Assembly (NCBI RefSeq): GCF_963853765.1
Contig: NC_088857.1
Coordinates: 7,192,001 to 7,256,000 of the forward strand
DNA from: Magallana gigas
Lineage: Eukaryota
Direction: 5' to 3'
Length of the DNA: 64,000 nucleotides
In this document: positions 19,301 through 32,217 of the stretch, one piece after another
How the letters are laid out: every line of letters starts with the position of its first letter
Numbering within the stretch: the first letter of the stretch is position 1
Position numbers and translations under genes: made by a program
The notes under the pieces: model-generated
Databases searched by the model: none
What the model was told of the DNA's origin: nothing
Seen by the model: the letters and a program-made list of their open reading frames with translations, nothing else

Positions 19301-22300
19301 TACAGACATCCCTCTGCTGTAAATCATACACCATACATTGTACAGCCATCCCTCTGCTGTAAATCACTTACCATACATTGTACAACCATCCCTCTGCTGT
19401 AAATCACTCACCATACATTGTTCACATACATTTTACAGACATCCCTCTGCTGTAAATCACTCACCATACATTGTACAGCCATCCCTCTGTTGTAAACCAC
19501 TTACCATACATTGTACAGCCATCCCTCTGCTGTAAATCACTCAACATACATTTTACAGACATCCTTCTGCTGTAAATCACTTACCATACATTGTTCACCC
19601 ATCCCTTTGCTGTAAATCATACACCATACATTGTTCACCCATCCCTTTGCTGTAAATCACTCACCATACATTGTACACCCATCCCTCTGCTGTAAATCAC
19701 TCACCATACATTGTACACCCATCCCTCTGCTGTAAATCACTCACCATACATTGTACACCCATCCCTCTTCTGTAAATCACTCACCATACATTGTACACCC
19801 ATCCCTCTGCTGTAAATCACTTACCATACATTGTACAGCCACCCCTCTGCTGTAAATCACAGCTGTAAGTGACCTTGGGAAAGTAGGCTGCCGTGGTAAC
19901 CCCTGTTGGGGTCTTTGCCGTAACAACCATCGTATAAACCACTCCTGTTCCTGGGTATGCTGCCATCAGGAATTCAGGTTTTTGAGAAATGTCTCTATTT
20001 GTCATTGATGAAACCTATTAAAACCAAAGTAAATCTTGATTAGCATTACAGTATACAGTTATGTACTGGTACTTTTTTTTAAATAAAAATAAAATTCATT
20101 TGTTTTTCTTTAATACATACTAATATTAAATTACATTAAAAAATCAAGTAATTATAAATTTTATACACAGGTCTACTTCAGACCTGTATCTAGGCTTAAC
20201 AGTGCCGTTTTCCACAAGATTTGTTAAAGCTGTCAGAAATGAGAAAATAATCAAGTCGACCCTGTTTTAGAAGACTTTTTTCTGCCATGAATAAACTTTT
20301 TTCCAGGATTTAGGACCCTATAATAATCAAGAGGCATAAGTCCTCCATTATTTCCAGTACTTTACTTCGAGCCTTTGATTTATTAACACCACAGTTATTA
20401 TAGGTATCCTGCAAGGGTTCAATGCAAGATTCAATTCTCCACATAATATAAAATATTCATTTTCAAATTGAAGGGAGATACTTCTTACAGTTTCATAAAA
20501 TTATGTACTTGTACTTCTAAATTTTTGATCATGAAAGCCTACATTATATACAAAAGAAATATCAATATTTCTTTTGTATATAATGAAGGCTTTCATGAAT
20601 TGATACTAGTATATGTACATTTAAGTATAAATTAAATGTGTCACTCAAAACTTTGTAAACAAATCCATTTCATACCTAAAAGGCTTAACATGGGATATAA
20701 ATTGTATCAAATACTAGTAGCCATAATATTGCATTTTCTATGTTTGATTAACCTTTCGAAAATTATAGTATTAAATAGTATAAAATAATAACAAGAATAA
20801 ATTTATGAAACATTGTAATTGATTAAACAAATATTTTTACCTTCACACCATTCTGAATGATATCTTCAGGGGTCAACATCTTTCTCAGTGCTTCAAAGTA
20901 CCTCTCTGGAGAAAGGTTATTTCCTGGAAGGTATCTAACGTGTATACTGTACTCCAACAAGTCCTGGTAAACTTGGTCCTCACACGTAGGAATAATCTGC
21001 CTGGGGGTGGATCTAGGACCAAGAGGGGTGTTAGCCCACTGGAATTCTACAACGGTCTTGGTGGTTGTATAAGAAACTAGAAGATTGGCATCATTCTCCA
21101 GAGGGAACTCCAGATTGCACCCACCAATCAAAGGGGCTAAGAGAAAAAATAGTATGAATATTTGAAATTCTAAGCCTAAAAATGGTGATAATCTAGTGAT
21201 AGAGATAAATGTACTTGTATATTGAATTTACTTTGCCCAATTCATTCATTCAAAATTACGTATACTAATACAAAATTAATTACCATTTCCTGATATTGGG
21301 AAAACTGCAACAAGAGCCTGAACATCTTGACTTTGATTGGACATTATGTACCATGTGACTTCTGTTTGATTGGCTTCCAGGACTGTGACCATTCCCAAAT
21401 CTACCCCAGTTATAGATCTCCCAATCCCCGTAGTTGGAGAGGAAGAAAGTGTTAAGTCCTTTGTTTGTGAATGAACTTGACAAGTTACATAACTAATGTC
21501 GACACTCAGATTCCTTACAATCACTGAAGTATTCAGCTGATTTATATTTACAAGAATAGGCTGGTTTGGTTCAATACCTATGGAAGAATCAGCAACAAAA
21601 TATCAAAATTTATTCTTCTTATAATCATGCATCAAAATTGAACTCAGTTAAAGTAATAAAATTGGTGATTTAATAACATTTTCAGTAAAATTGGTGTTTA
21701 AAAAAATATCTTCCTCTTAGTGCATAAATTAAATTTAAAAAACAGAAAAGCATATCATATATACATGCATTACATTTAGTACATACTAAGGGTACTTGCA
21801 TACATTATGGTATGTTCTGAAATTGATGTTTGCTATGCAAAAACTGACATGTAAATTGTTGCAAAATATTTACGCTGTATGATTGATTTTGAATACTCTT
21901 TATACATGGCTACACAGGCAAGAACAAATAAGCGGATCACAGGTCTACATGCACATATAGCAAAATACTGCCTCACCCAAAATTAAAAAAAAAAATTACA
22001 TAATCTACCAGTTAAGAATTAGAAATCAACTATACCAAAATTGAAAAGATCATGGTTTTTATATAATAGTAAAATATAATTTTGAAGTCAAAATCTACAC
22101 TTAAACCAGAGTCTTCTGACATACATTACAATCATTTGTGGTCATGCAGGTGGTAGTGTTTATATTAATTAATATGCTCTGCAGTACTGTCACACTCCTA
22201 TTTCCACTAGGTAATGGGTTTAACCTTTAGCTTATTCAGTAAAGCACTGGTTTTAAAAACAAAGGGTCTTGAGAGTTTAAAGCCTATAGTTGTGGCCATC

Positions 22301-22671
22301 CCTCTAATTTGCTACACGTTGGGTTTTTTTTTAAGAGTAAGAATATTAGGCGTATCAGAGCATTTTGCGAAGTCAATGAGAGACTATATGCTACTGCCAT
22401 ATTCCCTCCAAATCTAAATCAAGTTAAAATTATTGTCTTCATTGGTCTAGGTCGGATATTATCCCATCTTACATGTTTAGACTTCGGAGAACGCCTAATG
22501 ACATTTTTTAAATGCATGCAAGATAAAAAATATATTGATCTAAATGTTTCTGACGCTGTCTTGCCTGAAATACACATGACAATGTCTCAGTTAATAATCA
22601 AACATACCAATTACTGAACTGCAAACACCTGACAAAGAATATATAAAGAGCAGAATTATATTTAGGAACAT
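16302..22671 (-). CDS. TM7SF3: Transmembrane 7 superfamily member 3; 10 coding exons, about 561 aa
   Basis: Exons 22671-22608 (signal peptide MFLNIILLFIYSLSGVCSS), 21577-21284, 21136-20841 (GGCNLEFPLENDANL), 20014-19825, 18662-18579 (LGHRFFKT), 18126-18046, 17645-17493, 17170-17073, 16863-16701 and 16564-16302 (ERSPLL near the C-terminus) are phase-consistent (1686 nt). These motifs match my recollection of human TM7SF3 (GGCNLEF, FGHRFWKT, ERTPLLL). Confidence 0.93.
18183..18535. mobile_element. About 350-bp TTAA-ended MITE with an internal tRNA-like (A/B box) segment
   Basis: The ends TTAAGGTGGCTTACTACAC and TGTAGTGAAGTACCTTAA are imperfect TIRs. The minus strand at about 18355-18425 reads TAGCTGAGTGGTTAAAG...GAGTTCGAATTCAC. 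Confidence 0.75.
19216..19860. repeat. 40-bp minisatellite (about 16 units) spanning the TM7SF3 exon 4 splice donor
   Basis: The unit is t(c/t)accatacattgtacacccatccctctgctgtaaatcac, with a 40-nt period clear at 19661-19820. The last unit contains the real donor at 19825|19824. Confidence 0.95.
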
Positions 22672-22944
22672 CTTGGATATTACTGTCCTCGCATTGCTTA
22701 GCAAAATGAAAGTAGGGAGGGGTATTTTTAGACTCCGGGGTAGGAATCCTTCTTTAACAATGTTAACATGCGTCAAACTTTTTTTCAGTTGAATAATCTT
22801 TGTGTTCTTCATTTAATGAGAAGCTTGTTTTATTTGACTTTAATAACTTTATTTATTTAGAATCTTAGGGCCAACTTCCCTGTTTACTGTTTTCTATTTC
22901 ATTTAAAAACAGAACCCCGAACCCGATCTTGTTTTATGAACGGC
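22672..22944. promoter_or_regulatory. Probable bidirectional promoter between TM7SF3 and UMPS
   Basis: The divergent start codons at 22671 (-) and 22936/22945 (+) are under 280 bp apart, so both 5' UTRs and the promoter must fit in this interval if neither gene has an upstream non-coding exon. Confidence 0.7.
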
Positions 22945-25900
22945 ATGGCGGTAAACAAGAACTCGATAGAGAGCAGGAGAGAGTCGTTAATACTCGAACT
23001 ATACAAAGTAGAGGCTGTTAAATTTGGGAATTTTAAGCTGAAAAGTGGCATTGACTCTCCAGTCTATTTTGATTTGCGTGTCATCGTATCATATCCAAAC
23101 CTTTTAGTAAGTGAGATCGTCATAATCACACATAAAATTAATCCGAGATTCCTCTGACTATAATCCCCGCTTTTATATTATGACGTGCAATTCTCCCGCA
23201 TATGTCATAATCTAGAAGCGGGTTTATAGTCAAAGAAACCTCGGATTAACATAATATCTGCAAGCGAGATATAACATTGAGATATAACATAATTGAAAAT
23301 AGCTGAAATATAATCTGATGTTAAATATAAAATTATGAAAGAAAATCCATAGGTGTTCTAAGTTGAGCTAGGTATCGAATAACAAAAGTTTCAAAATTTT
23401 ATGCATTTGTGTATTTACAAAGTTCATTTTCTAAAACCAAGCAAGAAAATTATAATCTTTACTGAATTTAGTTGATTACATTCTTTGATCATAGAATGAA
23501 GTTGCAGAAATGACGTGGGAGGTAGCACAGTCTGCTGGTTGTCTGTATGATTCTGTATGTGGAGTCCCCTACACAGCACTGCCAATAGCCACAGTAAGTG
23601 CACCATCACAAAAGCAAAGCTCAAATTTGTTTTATGTGTTGTAACAGGGTAGGATGCATGATGATTAGACCAGAATTTAAACACAAGCCTCCTGAATCTC
23701 TGGTCAGATGCTCTACCAACTGAGCTATTTGGCAACCAAGAGCATACTGCTTCAACTGTCATAGTAATCCTAATCAGATGGAGAGCCCAAGAGCCCTGCT
23801 AGGTTATATGGTCTTAATTGTTTTAATCTAATATGCTTGTTCAGCAGAGCTTTTACTGTGGCTCTAACGTTCAATATTTCACCACTTTTCATATACATGT
23901 ACAAAGTAATTCTTTATAGCTCTCAAATGAAATTATTAATAATACTATTTTACATGAATTCCAAAATTTAATGTTTTAAATGTTAAAAGTAGAGGACAAA
24001 ATATGACATAATCAATGGGCATGTTTTTGTTTTCAGTGTTTTTCAGTTCACCATAATATACCAATGTTGATTCGTAGAAAAGAGGCAAAGGACTATGGGA
24101 CAAAGAAAATGGTGGAAGGTCATTACAAGGAGGGAGAGAATTGTCTTATCATTGAGGATGTTGTCACTAGTGGGGGATCTGTTATGGAGACAGTGCAGGT
24201 AAGGAAATTGTCAAAACTGGCTTCTCTTAACCAATTAAGAAACAACACAGTATACCGGTATATCAGTAAATGAAACAGAAGCTGTTGTATTTCAGACACT
24301 GCAGTCTACATCAGTAAATGAAATGTATGTTATTAATATAATGTAGACACTGCAGCCTATATCAGTAAATTGTGACATGCTGTTGTCTTTCAGACATTGC
24401 AATCTATATCAGTAAATGTAACAGATGCTGTTGTATTTTAGACATTGAGTCTATATCAGTTAAATTAATGTAACAGATACTGTTGTATTTCAGACACTGA
24501 AGTCTACATCAGTAAATTGTAACATGCTGTTGTATTTCCGACATTGCAATCAATATCAGTTAATGTAACAGATGCTGTTGTATATCAGACATTGCAGTCT
24601 ATTTCAGTTAATGTAACAGATGCTGTTGTATTTCAGACACTGACGTCGTCTACATCAGTAAATCAGTATTTCAGACATTGCAGTCTACATCAGTAAATGA
24701 AATGTATGTTGTTAATATATTGCAGACACTGCAGCCTATGTCAGTAAATTGTAACATGCTGTTGTATTTCAGAAACTGCAGTCTATTTCAGTAAATGTAA
24801 CAGATGCTGTTGTATTTCAGACATTGCAGTCTACATCAGTAAATGTAGTGTATGTTGTTAATATATTGCAGACACTGCAGCCTATATCAGTAAATGTAAC
24901 AGATTATGTTGTCTTTCAGACATTGCAGTCTATATCAGTAAATATAACTGATGCTGTTGTATTTCAGACATTGCAGTCTACATCAGTAAATGAAGTGTAT
25001 GTTGTTAGTATATTGCAGACACTGGAGCCTGTGTTAGTAAATGTAACAGAAGCTGTTGTATTTCAGACATTGCAGTCTATATCAGTAAATGTAACAGATG
25101 CTGTTGTATTTCAGACATTGCAGTCTATATCAGTAAATGTAACAGATGCTGTTGTATTGCTGGATCGAGAACAAGGTGGCAAGTCTGCTCTAGAGAACAA
25201 AGGAGTTAAACTTCACAGGTAGGTCACATGAAACAGAAGATGATAAACAAAGTTCAGTAATGGAATGATACTAGTACATGTACTTCACAACCTTATGAAA
25301 AGCAGACACAAACAACTTTTCTGGCAGAAAAGGAACAGTTACAGTTAACAGGCAGATCTTAAAAGCTACTTTGAACAGCATTCAGAGATAAGGTAAAGGT
25401 TAAATTACCAAGTTATGTAGCTCAGAATATAGCCACAGAACAAAACACAAGACTTATTTTTCAAAGGGTACAAGTAACATGAAAAGTAGGCAAAATACTC
25501 TTGCAAATTATGAAAAAGACTGTCCTGGTATTCCAGTATATGCACTAGTATCAGATTTATATATCAATAAAACAAAACAAAACATTTCAACCAAATGAAA
25601 TAATTCTTAAAATGATTGATTGTAAATTATACTTGTAGTTTTCTAAATTTTCAGTGTTTGTTCACTTTCTATGGTGCTAGAGGTGTTGGAATCCAATGGA
25701 AAGTTGGATAAAAGCATTATTGAGAGGACGAAGAAATTCATTCAGGAAAACAGATTTGATGGGAAAGTTTCGAATCAAAATGTTGATGATTCTAAGAAGA
25801 AATCCAAACCAACAGTATGATACCTTTTTATAAGTATTTTTAATCTTGTTTGTCTTTTGCTAGTAAATGTATTAACTTACTCATTAGACATACGTTAGCT

Positions 25901-28900
25901 GGTAGTAATAATATTATAACAGCTTTGGTAAACAAAAGAAATGAAAACAATTTTGATATTTGAATAGATTTTTAACCTAGCTCAAATATAGTAGGCCTTG
26001 AAATGCAAAAAGATTAACAATTTACATAGATTTTAACATCTTCACTAGCCAGGGGATTTTGGTTTATTCCGCTCCCCATAAATCCTTGTCAGATCTTATA
26101 ATGAAAACTAGTTAAGAAGCTGTGTTTTATAATTTACTTCAATTTCTTGTGTCCATGATGATACCTGGTTTTATGGCATTAAAGCTTTCAAATGTCAGCA
26201 ACTTTTCACTCTCTGTACAGGCAAACCTACAAACACTATAAATAAAACATTCCTTGGTTTCTCTAGGTTATATCTTGATTCCTATAATGCTGCAAATTCC
26301 TTATTTTATGCCAGTATTTATTCTGTGATTCAACTGTTTTGCATCAAATTGCAAGTATATAATATCCTGGATGCCAAATTTTTATCATACATGTAGTTTC
26401 ATTTAGTTTACATCAGTTCAAAAAATAATAGCGAACTTTTAAAATCCACGAAATGTGCTTCCTGCGATTTTTATTTGGATATTAATTCGTCCTGTTTGAT
26501 TAGGAAACTACAGTAGCATTGTAAGTTCTATTCCAATATTATGTCGTAACGTGAATATAAACTGTTGTTTCATTCAATTAAAATGTAAATTTGCAAGGAG
26601 CACAGCTCAAGTTGTTTGCTAGATAGCACCAGTGCATCACCAAGTTTTTGTATTGAGATCTGCCAAGGGTTTATGGGTAGCGAAGTTGACCAAAAACCCT
26701 TGGCTAGTGATGATGAGATTTTAAATGGCAAATCAGATTTAATATACATGTACTTCTCTGATCTTTTCCTTGTCATTACACTGTATATATACTTACCATA
26801 TACACTGGCTGGGGTCACTGGTGTTGATTTCTGCCCTACTTCTGCCAGGTTTTCAGTCACACAGAGAAGATGAAGATGTGTAAGAATGCGGTACTTTCTT
26901 CTCTGTATGGAATCATGGACAAAAAGAAAACCAACTTAGCAATCTCTGTAGACCTCACTACCTCACAAGAAATACTCAAGGTAATAAACATTAACTTCTA
27001 AATTAATTTATAATCAGAATGATATATGCATGTATTGACAATGTTGACACTTTTTTCCTGGTATTACACGTACTACCGGTATTTTCCTGTTATTTCATGT
27101 ACCATACTTCAGTTTTGAAACTTCCTGATTGCAGAATGGAAACTGAAATACCAAAAAAAATTGAAACAAGATTTTATCATTTACCATGTGATAATATGAT
27201 CTAACCTCAAGACAAGTTCAACCAATATTAGAACATATTTAGAGATTTAAATTTAAGCTGTGATAATCTGATAGATAATAAGTACTGTAATTCTATTGTT
27301 CTTTTAGCTACTAGATGCAGTTGGGCCTTACATATGTATAGCCAAGACCCATGTTGACATCATCTCAGACTTCTCCCAGAGCTTCATCAAACAACTGACA
27401 GAACTAGCCAGAAAACACAGCTTCCTTTTGTTTGAAGACAGGTTGTTCTTTGTCTAGTTAGAACAAAATTGGTGAAATTTATGCTCACTTGTTATTTATT
27501 CATGAGTAATTTTTTTTTGTATTGCTGAATGGTTGTAATACAGACAGTGAAAGATATTTATGTATTATAATAAAGATAATTTGTTTATGCAGTATGTACT
27601 AAGTATTTGAAATTGATTATGGTATTTTGTAGAAAATTTGGAGACATTGGGAACACAGTCAAACATCAGTATGAAGGAGGGCTGTATCAGATTTGTTCCT
27701 GGGCAGACATTGTCAACTGTCACCCTGTCCCTGGGGATGGTGTGATACAGGGTCTCAAGGGGGTAAGGAAGGGCCAATTTTCATGTATTGTGTAAGGGTG
27801 TGCAGTGACGTTGAATGATGTTTTGTCAAGTGTAAAGGCCATATCAAACCATGCAAAAAAAAATTTTCAGACCACTTACATGTACATGTATACTCTCAAC
27901 TTAACCCTATTTGGCTCATACTTCACATAAACAGAGATTTTGGGTTAATAGTGTGCATTGACCTTAAACCAAGTCAATATGAAGGTCAAAGCAGATTTCT
28001 TTGTATTAAGTTTTACACCATAGATTATTTCCAATTTGCCTAATCTTGCTCAGATTGAACAAAAATGCCTGCATGTAAGGGGTAATGAGATTGAATTAAA
28101 AGTTCTATGCCAGCTGGAAAATTTATAAGTTATAAGTCAAGGTCAAAGCAAACAAAATTCACTGAATTGCTTTTCATCCTATAGTCCATTATTTAAGTGG
28201 GGCCCTTTCAGATGATCACCATCTGAATGATGTCTGGTTTGTTTAAATTTCATTACTGAATATTCCAAGACACAGTAAGATTGTTTTCTCTGTCTTTCAG
28301 CCTGGCCTCATTTCCAACAGAGGGTGTTTAATTGTAGCAGAAATGAGCTCAAGTGGAAGTCTGGCTAAAGACGAGTACACAAAAGGTAAGCAAAATGACA
28401 AGGTTTTTTTACAGAGTCCAAAGATACCGTATTAAAGAGAGAGTCATATAGTATTAGATTTTTAATATCACTTGTTTTAGCTGCTGTCAGCATGGCAGAG
28501 AGAAACAAGGACTTTGTTATTGGATTCATCTGTCAGTCCAAGCTTACAAACGACCCTGATCTTATCCACATGATGCCAGGTTTGTACACAGCTAGGCCCT
28601 CGAGAGATGCAGTTAACGAGGTCGGGTCTAATTTGTTCTGCCCTAGATTTTTGAATGAAATTTTCTACATGAATTCCTACTAATATAATTATTATTTTAA
28701 GATAGAAAAAATAAGACATTTACCACACCGTTTGTTTAAGGGGTCATCTCAAAGTTTGTTAATTTTAACATAGGGCCCTATGGGATTTTGCTTGAAAAGT
28801 ATCAATTTTGCACATTTTTCACATTTTTTCAAAACTTCTGCCCTAGGGATTTCTTTTTCTGTTCTACATATTAAAGTTATTGCTAAAAGGCATCAAATGG

Positions 28901-31185
28901 TCAAATAAAAAAAAACCTTTTACCTCCTGGTTTGTTCCAGGGGTCTTATCAAACTTGTTTTTTGTATGCCCAATTTCCCAGATTTGTCAGATAATGGCTA
29001 TTTTTTATTCGATAAAGGCGGAAATGGTGATCCTTATAGTATTATTAAAACATTCAGACATATTTAAGCAATAAATAAATATATAACATCAAATATTAAG
29101 GGTCTTTAATATAAAATACATGGTTACTGTGTTGAAATATATGAATTATAAGCTATATTTAGACAGGTTAAGAAAACGTGACAGAGGGCTAGGCTTGCTG
29201 AACCCCCCTTCACCTTTTTGAACCGAGCCCAAATATAGCTTATACTTAGAGACATTTATGTTTATTCCACAATATAATATCAATTTTACGCATCAAATAA
29301 GCTATTTTCAAAAAATTTCGCTGAATATCTGCAGTTGAAACTATCACGCCATGGCGTCAACCAAGCAAAAAGATGACGTCACAATACAAATGAAACGCTG
29401 CGCGGAAGTATGCGTACTCAATCTGTACTTGGCTTCGTTAAAGTGTGCAGATTTCATGTAGTCAAAATACAGTGTTATGATGGAGAATACATATATATTA
29501 TTTACATGTACACTAAAACTTGTTGAGTCCAGATGCTGTGCATTCTGGCATGTTGTCTAATCTGGCTAAATGATTCAGATCCTTGACATTTTCTTATCAT
29601 TTAACAAATGTTGTGAAATTTGGATCTTGCCTATTCTGTTAACTGATCGCGGCACATTAGAACAGACTTCTTATATAAGTGAGAGCTATCTGCTGTAATC
29701 CAGCGAAGATTTAGAGGCTTTATGTGTGGTCATTTCTGCTCAATTGTCTGCATTTTTATACCCCCCGCAATAAAGTTTGGGGGGTATATAGGAATCAACT
29801 TGTCCGTCTGTCTGTCCATCCGTCTGTCTGTGCAATCGTGTCCGGTCCATATCTTTCTTATGAAGAAAACATTGGAAGTTCTTACTTCACACAAAAATTG
29901 CTTATGACCTAAGGGTGTGTCAAGACCTTGACCCAAGGTCATTCGGGCAAGGTCAAGGTCACTGGCAGAAAAAATGCAAAATTTGTGTCCGGTCCATATC
30001 TTTCTTATGGAGAAACATTGGAAGTTCTTAGTTCACTTAAAGATAGCTTATGACCTAAGGGTGTGTCATGACCTTGACCCAAGGTCATTCGAACAAGGTC
30101 AAGGTCACTGGCAGAAAAAATGCAAAATTCTTGTCTGGTCCATATCTTTCTTATGGAGAAACATTGGAAGTTCTTACTTCACACAAAGATTGCTTATGAC
30201 CTTTGGGTGTGTCATGACCTTGACCCAAGGTCATTCAGGCAAGGTCAAGGTCAATGGCAGAAAAAGTGCAAAATTCGTTTCCGGTCCATATCTTCCTTAT
30301 TGAGAAGCATTGAATGTTCTTACTTCACACAAATATTGCTTATGACCAAAGGGTGTGTCATGACCTTGACCCAAGGTCAATTGAGGAAGTTCAAGGTCAT
30401 TATTTCAAAAATGCTAAAGTTTGTCTGTGTCATGTCTTGTATTAATGGAAATTTTAGAAGCTAAAATTTGACACAAAGCTTGCTTGTCTCAGGCCACATA
30501 AAATTATTTTTAGATTCTCATCCCCGTCTCTCTGAAAATGGCCTGCCCCGATGAAGTTTTTTGGGGGAAAAATGTGTGGAAAAAAAATTTCGGAAAAAAT
30601 CGGGCTCAGTATACCAATAATTCAAAATGTTTAAATATTAAATGGCTGCTTGACATGTGGATTTCCTTTGATTCGAGTCATGGTTGTTAACGGAAGGATG
30701 CAAATGTCCTCATGCATTAACAACTAACTTAAAAATAAAAGGAATTAAAAGATAGAAATTGGTTTGTTTACTCCTATTAGCATTAACAGTTTTAAAAAAT
30801 AGAGCAGTTGTTATTTACAGAAAATGGACAGTGAAATAGATTCATCCAATATTTTCTATAATAACAAAAATACACGCGTTCTGATTTTTTTCTTAGCAGG
30901 GGTGTCAATTGTGAGCTTGCTCACAGTACCTCTAGTTTAAATTTAAACAACGGATAACTGTAAAATGTATTTGAATATTTATGTAACATTTTCATTGAAG
31001 GTGTGCAGATGAATGCAGGAGGAGACAATCTGGGGCAACAATATACCTCTCCGGAAAAGGCTATCCAATCTCATGGTGCCGACATCATCATAGTAGGACG
31101 AGGCATCACCAAGGCTATGGATCCTGTCGCTACAGCTCAGCAATATCAGATAGCGGGATACAAGGCTTACCAAGAACTCTTATAG
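22945..31185 (+). CDS. UMPS: Uridine 5'-monophosphate synthase (OPRT + OMP decarboxylase); 11 coding exons, about 483 aa
   Basis: Exons 22945-23106 (alternative in-frame ATG at 22936), 23495-23593, 24037-24198, 25115-25218, 25655-25814, 26849-26980, 27308-27441, 27633-27762, 28301-28385, 28481-28579 and 31001-31185 are phase-consistent (1452 nt). Motifs: [22 protein letters not shown]-binding [20 protein letters not shown] and [13 protein letters not shown], and DIIIVGRGI. Confidence 0.98.
23139..23248. mobile_element. Short palindromic MITE with TA ends, degraded copy, in UMPS intron 1
   Basis: taatccgagattcctctgact...agtcaaagaaacctcggatta belongs to the same family as 38946-39064. Confidence 0.8.
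23640..23745 (-). mobile_element. tRNA-derived SINE fragment
   Basis: The minus strand reads ...TAGCTCAGTTGGTAGAGCATCTGACCAGAGATTCAGGAGGCTTGTGTTTAAATTCTGG, with an intact A box, a decayed B box and no complete cloverleaf. Confidence 0.6.
24258..25158 (+). repeat. 48-bp (with 51-bp variant) minisatellite spanning the UMPS exon 4 splice acceptor
   Basis: The unit acattgcagtctatatcagtaaatgtaacagatgctgttgtatttcag is the first 44 nt of exon 4 plus tcag. It fills most of intron 3. Confidence 0.95.
29753..30450 (+). mobile_element. Helentron/Helitron-associated non-autonomous element (HINE-like) with an internal tandem array of about 147 bp (3-4 copies)
   Basis: It starts tttttatacccccc...ggggggtata (subterminal hairpin), followed by a (GTCT/GTCC)n microsatellite and then repeats containing gaccttgacccaaggtca...aaggtcaaggtca. 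This layout matches described bivalve HINEs. Confidence 0.8.
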
Positions 31186-32217
31186 CTATTACAGCAATAT
31201 TTATCATCTGTTATCATTAATCAGACTTGACTTGATTATTTTGGTGCTTAGTGCTGTGTTCAAATGGTATTGTCTTGTTTATAGTTCATTTATTAACAAA
31301 ACACCATTATACATTGGATAGATAATTCCATATATCGGGTTTGTGTTCCAAGGTTTTTTGTTATTATGTACAGTAGTTAAGTATCATAAAATGAGCAGCT
31401 TTATCATTGCAGCCAATTCCATATGTACATGTATTAGCAAATGAAACTGGTCTTGATAGCAACATTTTCATGGTAATTGATTTTTTGTTCATTTTTCAAG
31501 AAGCCTAAGAAGCTTGAAATAAGTTGTGGATAAAAGGTCCGAGTCAAAAGTAATATATTTTCTGATCGATCCCATTTGACTTTTAATGATACCTCAGAAA
31601 CAATTGTCAATCTACTATGTATATTTGCATTACTCAGAGTCCAATAATTATAATATACATCTAAACTAAGCAGCATTTCAGTACAAATCATAATCTGTGT
31701 ACTTGATCTTTTCATGATCTTTTTCAATCAAATAATGATTTCATACCAACTGGAAAATGTTAGATTAACTTAACATGTACATGTATACACTCGGTACTAT
31801 GAACATCAAAGTATATGTATTCAGAAATTCTGAGGTTTTTTAAAAGAAGCGACATAAATGTAATTTTACATATTTATTAAAGTACATGTTTTATAAAGTA
31901 CGATCATCAGACCATTGCTCATGGTTGATTGAACAAATGAAAATAAAATGTGTTCAAAAAGAACTGTTTCATATTCATGCCCCCCAAAATTATAATTTCT
32001 TTACAATTGTACATGCCTCCCCTTTATATTTCCTGACAACCTGAGTGTCTGCAATGGAAGCCTACAGTGATCAGCATACATGTGTGTTTGACATGAGGAA
32101 TCCGAATAAGTTCAATGAGGCTTTTAAAGCAAGTCGGAATATCAATGTCAAATGATCAGTGTCTATATCTGCTGCCTGTCGGAAATCATTCATAATCCAA
32201 ATGAAAAGTAATCTTCC

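Noticed and set aside
19338-19535. ORFs with repetitive peptides here and at 56321-56739
   Set aside because: They are translations of intronic minisatellites on one or both strands.
19216-19860. Regular short repeats resembling a CRISPR array (also 24258-25158 and 56357-56594)
   Set aside because: The units are head-to-tail with no unique spacers, there are no cas genes, and the context is eukaryotic introns.
22672-22812. 47-codon in-frame N-terminal extension of TM7SF3 from ATG 22812
   Set aside because: The signal peptide begins at Met 22671, and the extension is not signal-like and would crowd the shared promoter. It is not excluded without TSS data.
29722-30464. Several 60-115 aa ORFs in UMPS intron 10
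   Set aside because: They are translations of the ~147-bp transposon-internal repeat and show no protein motif.
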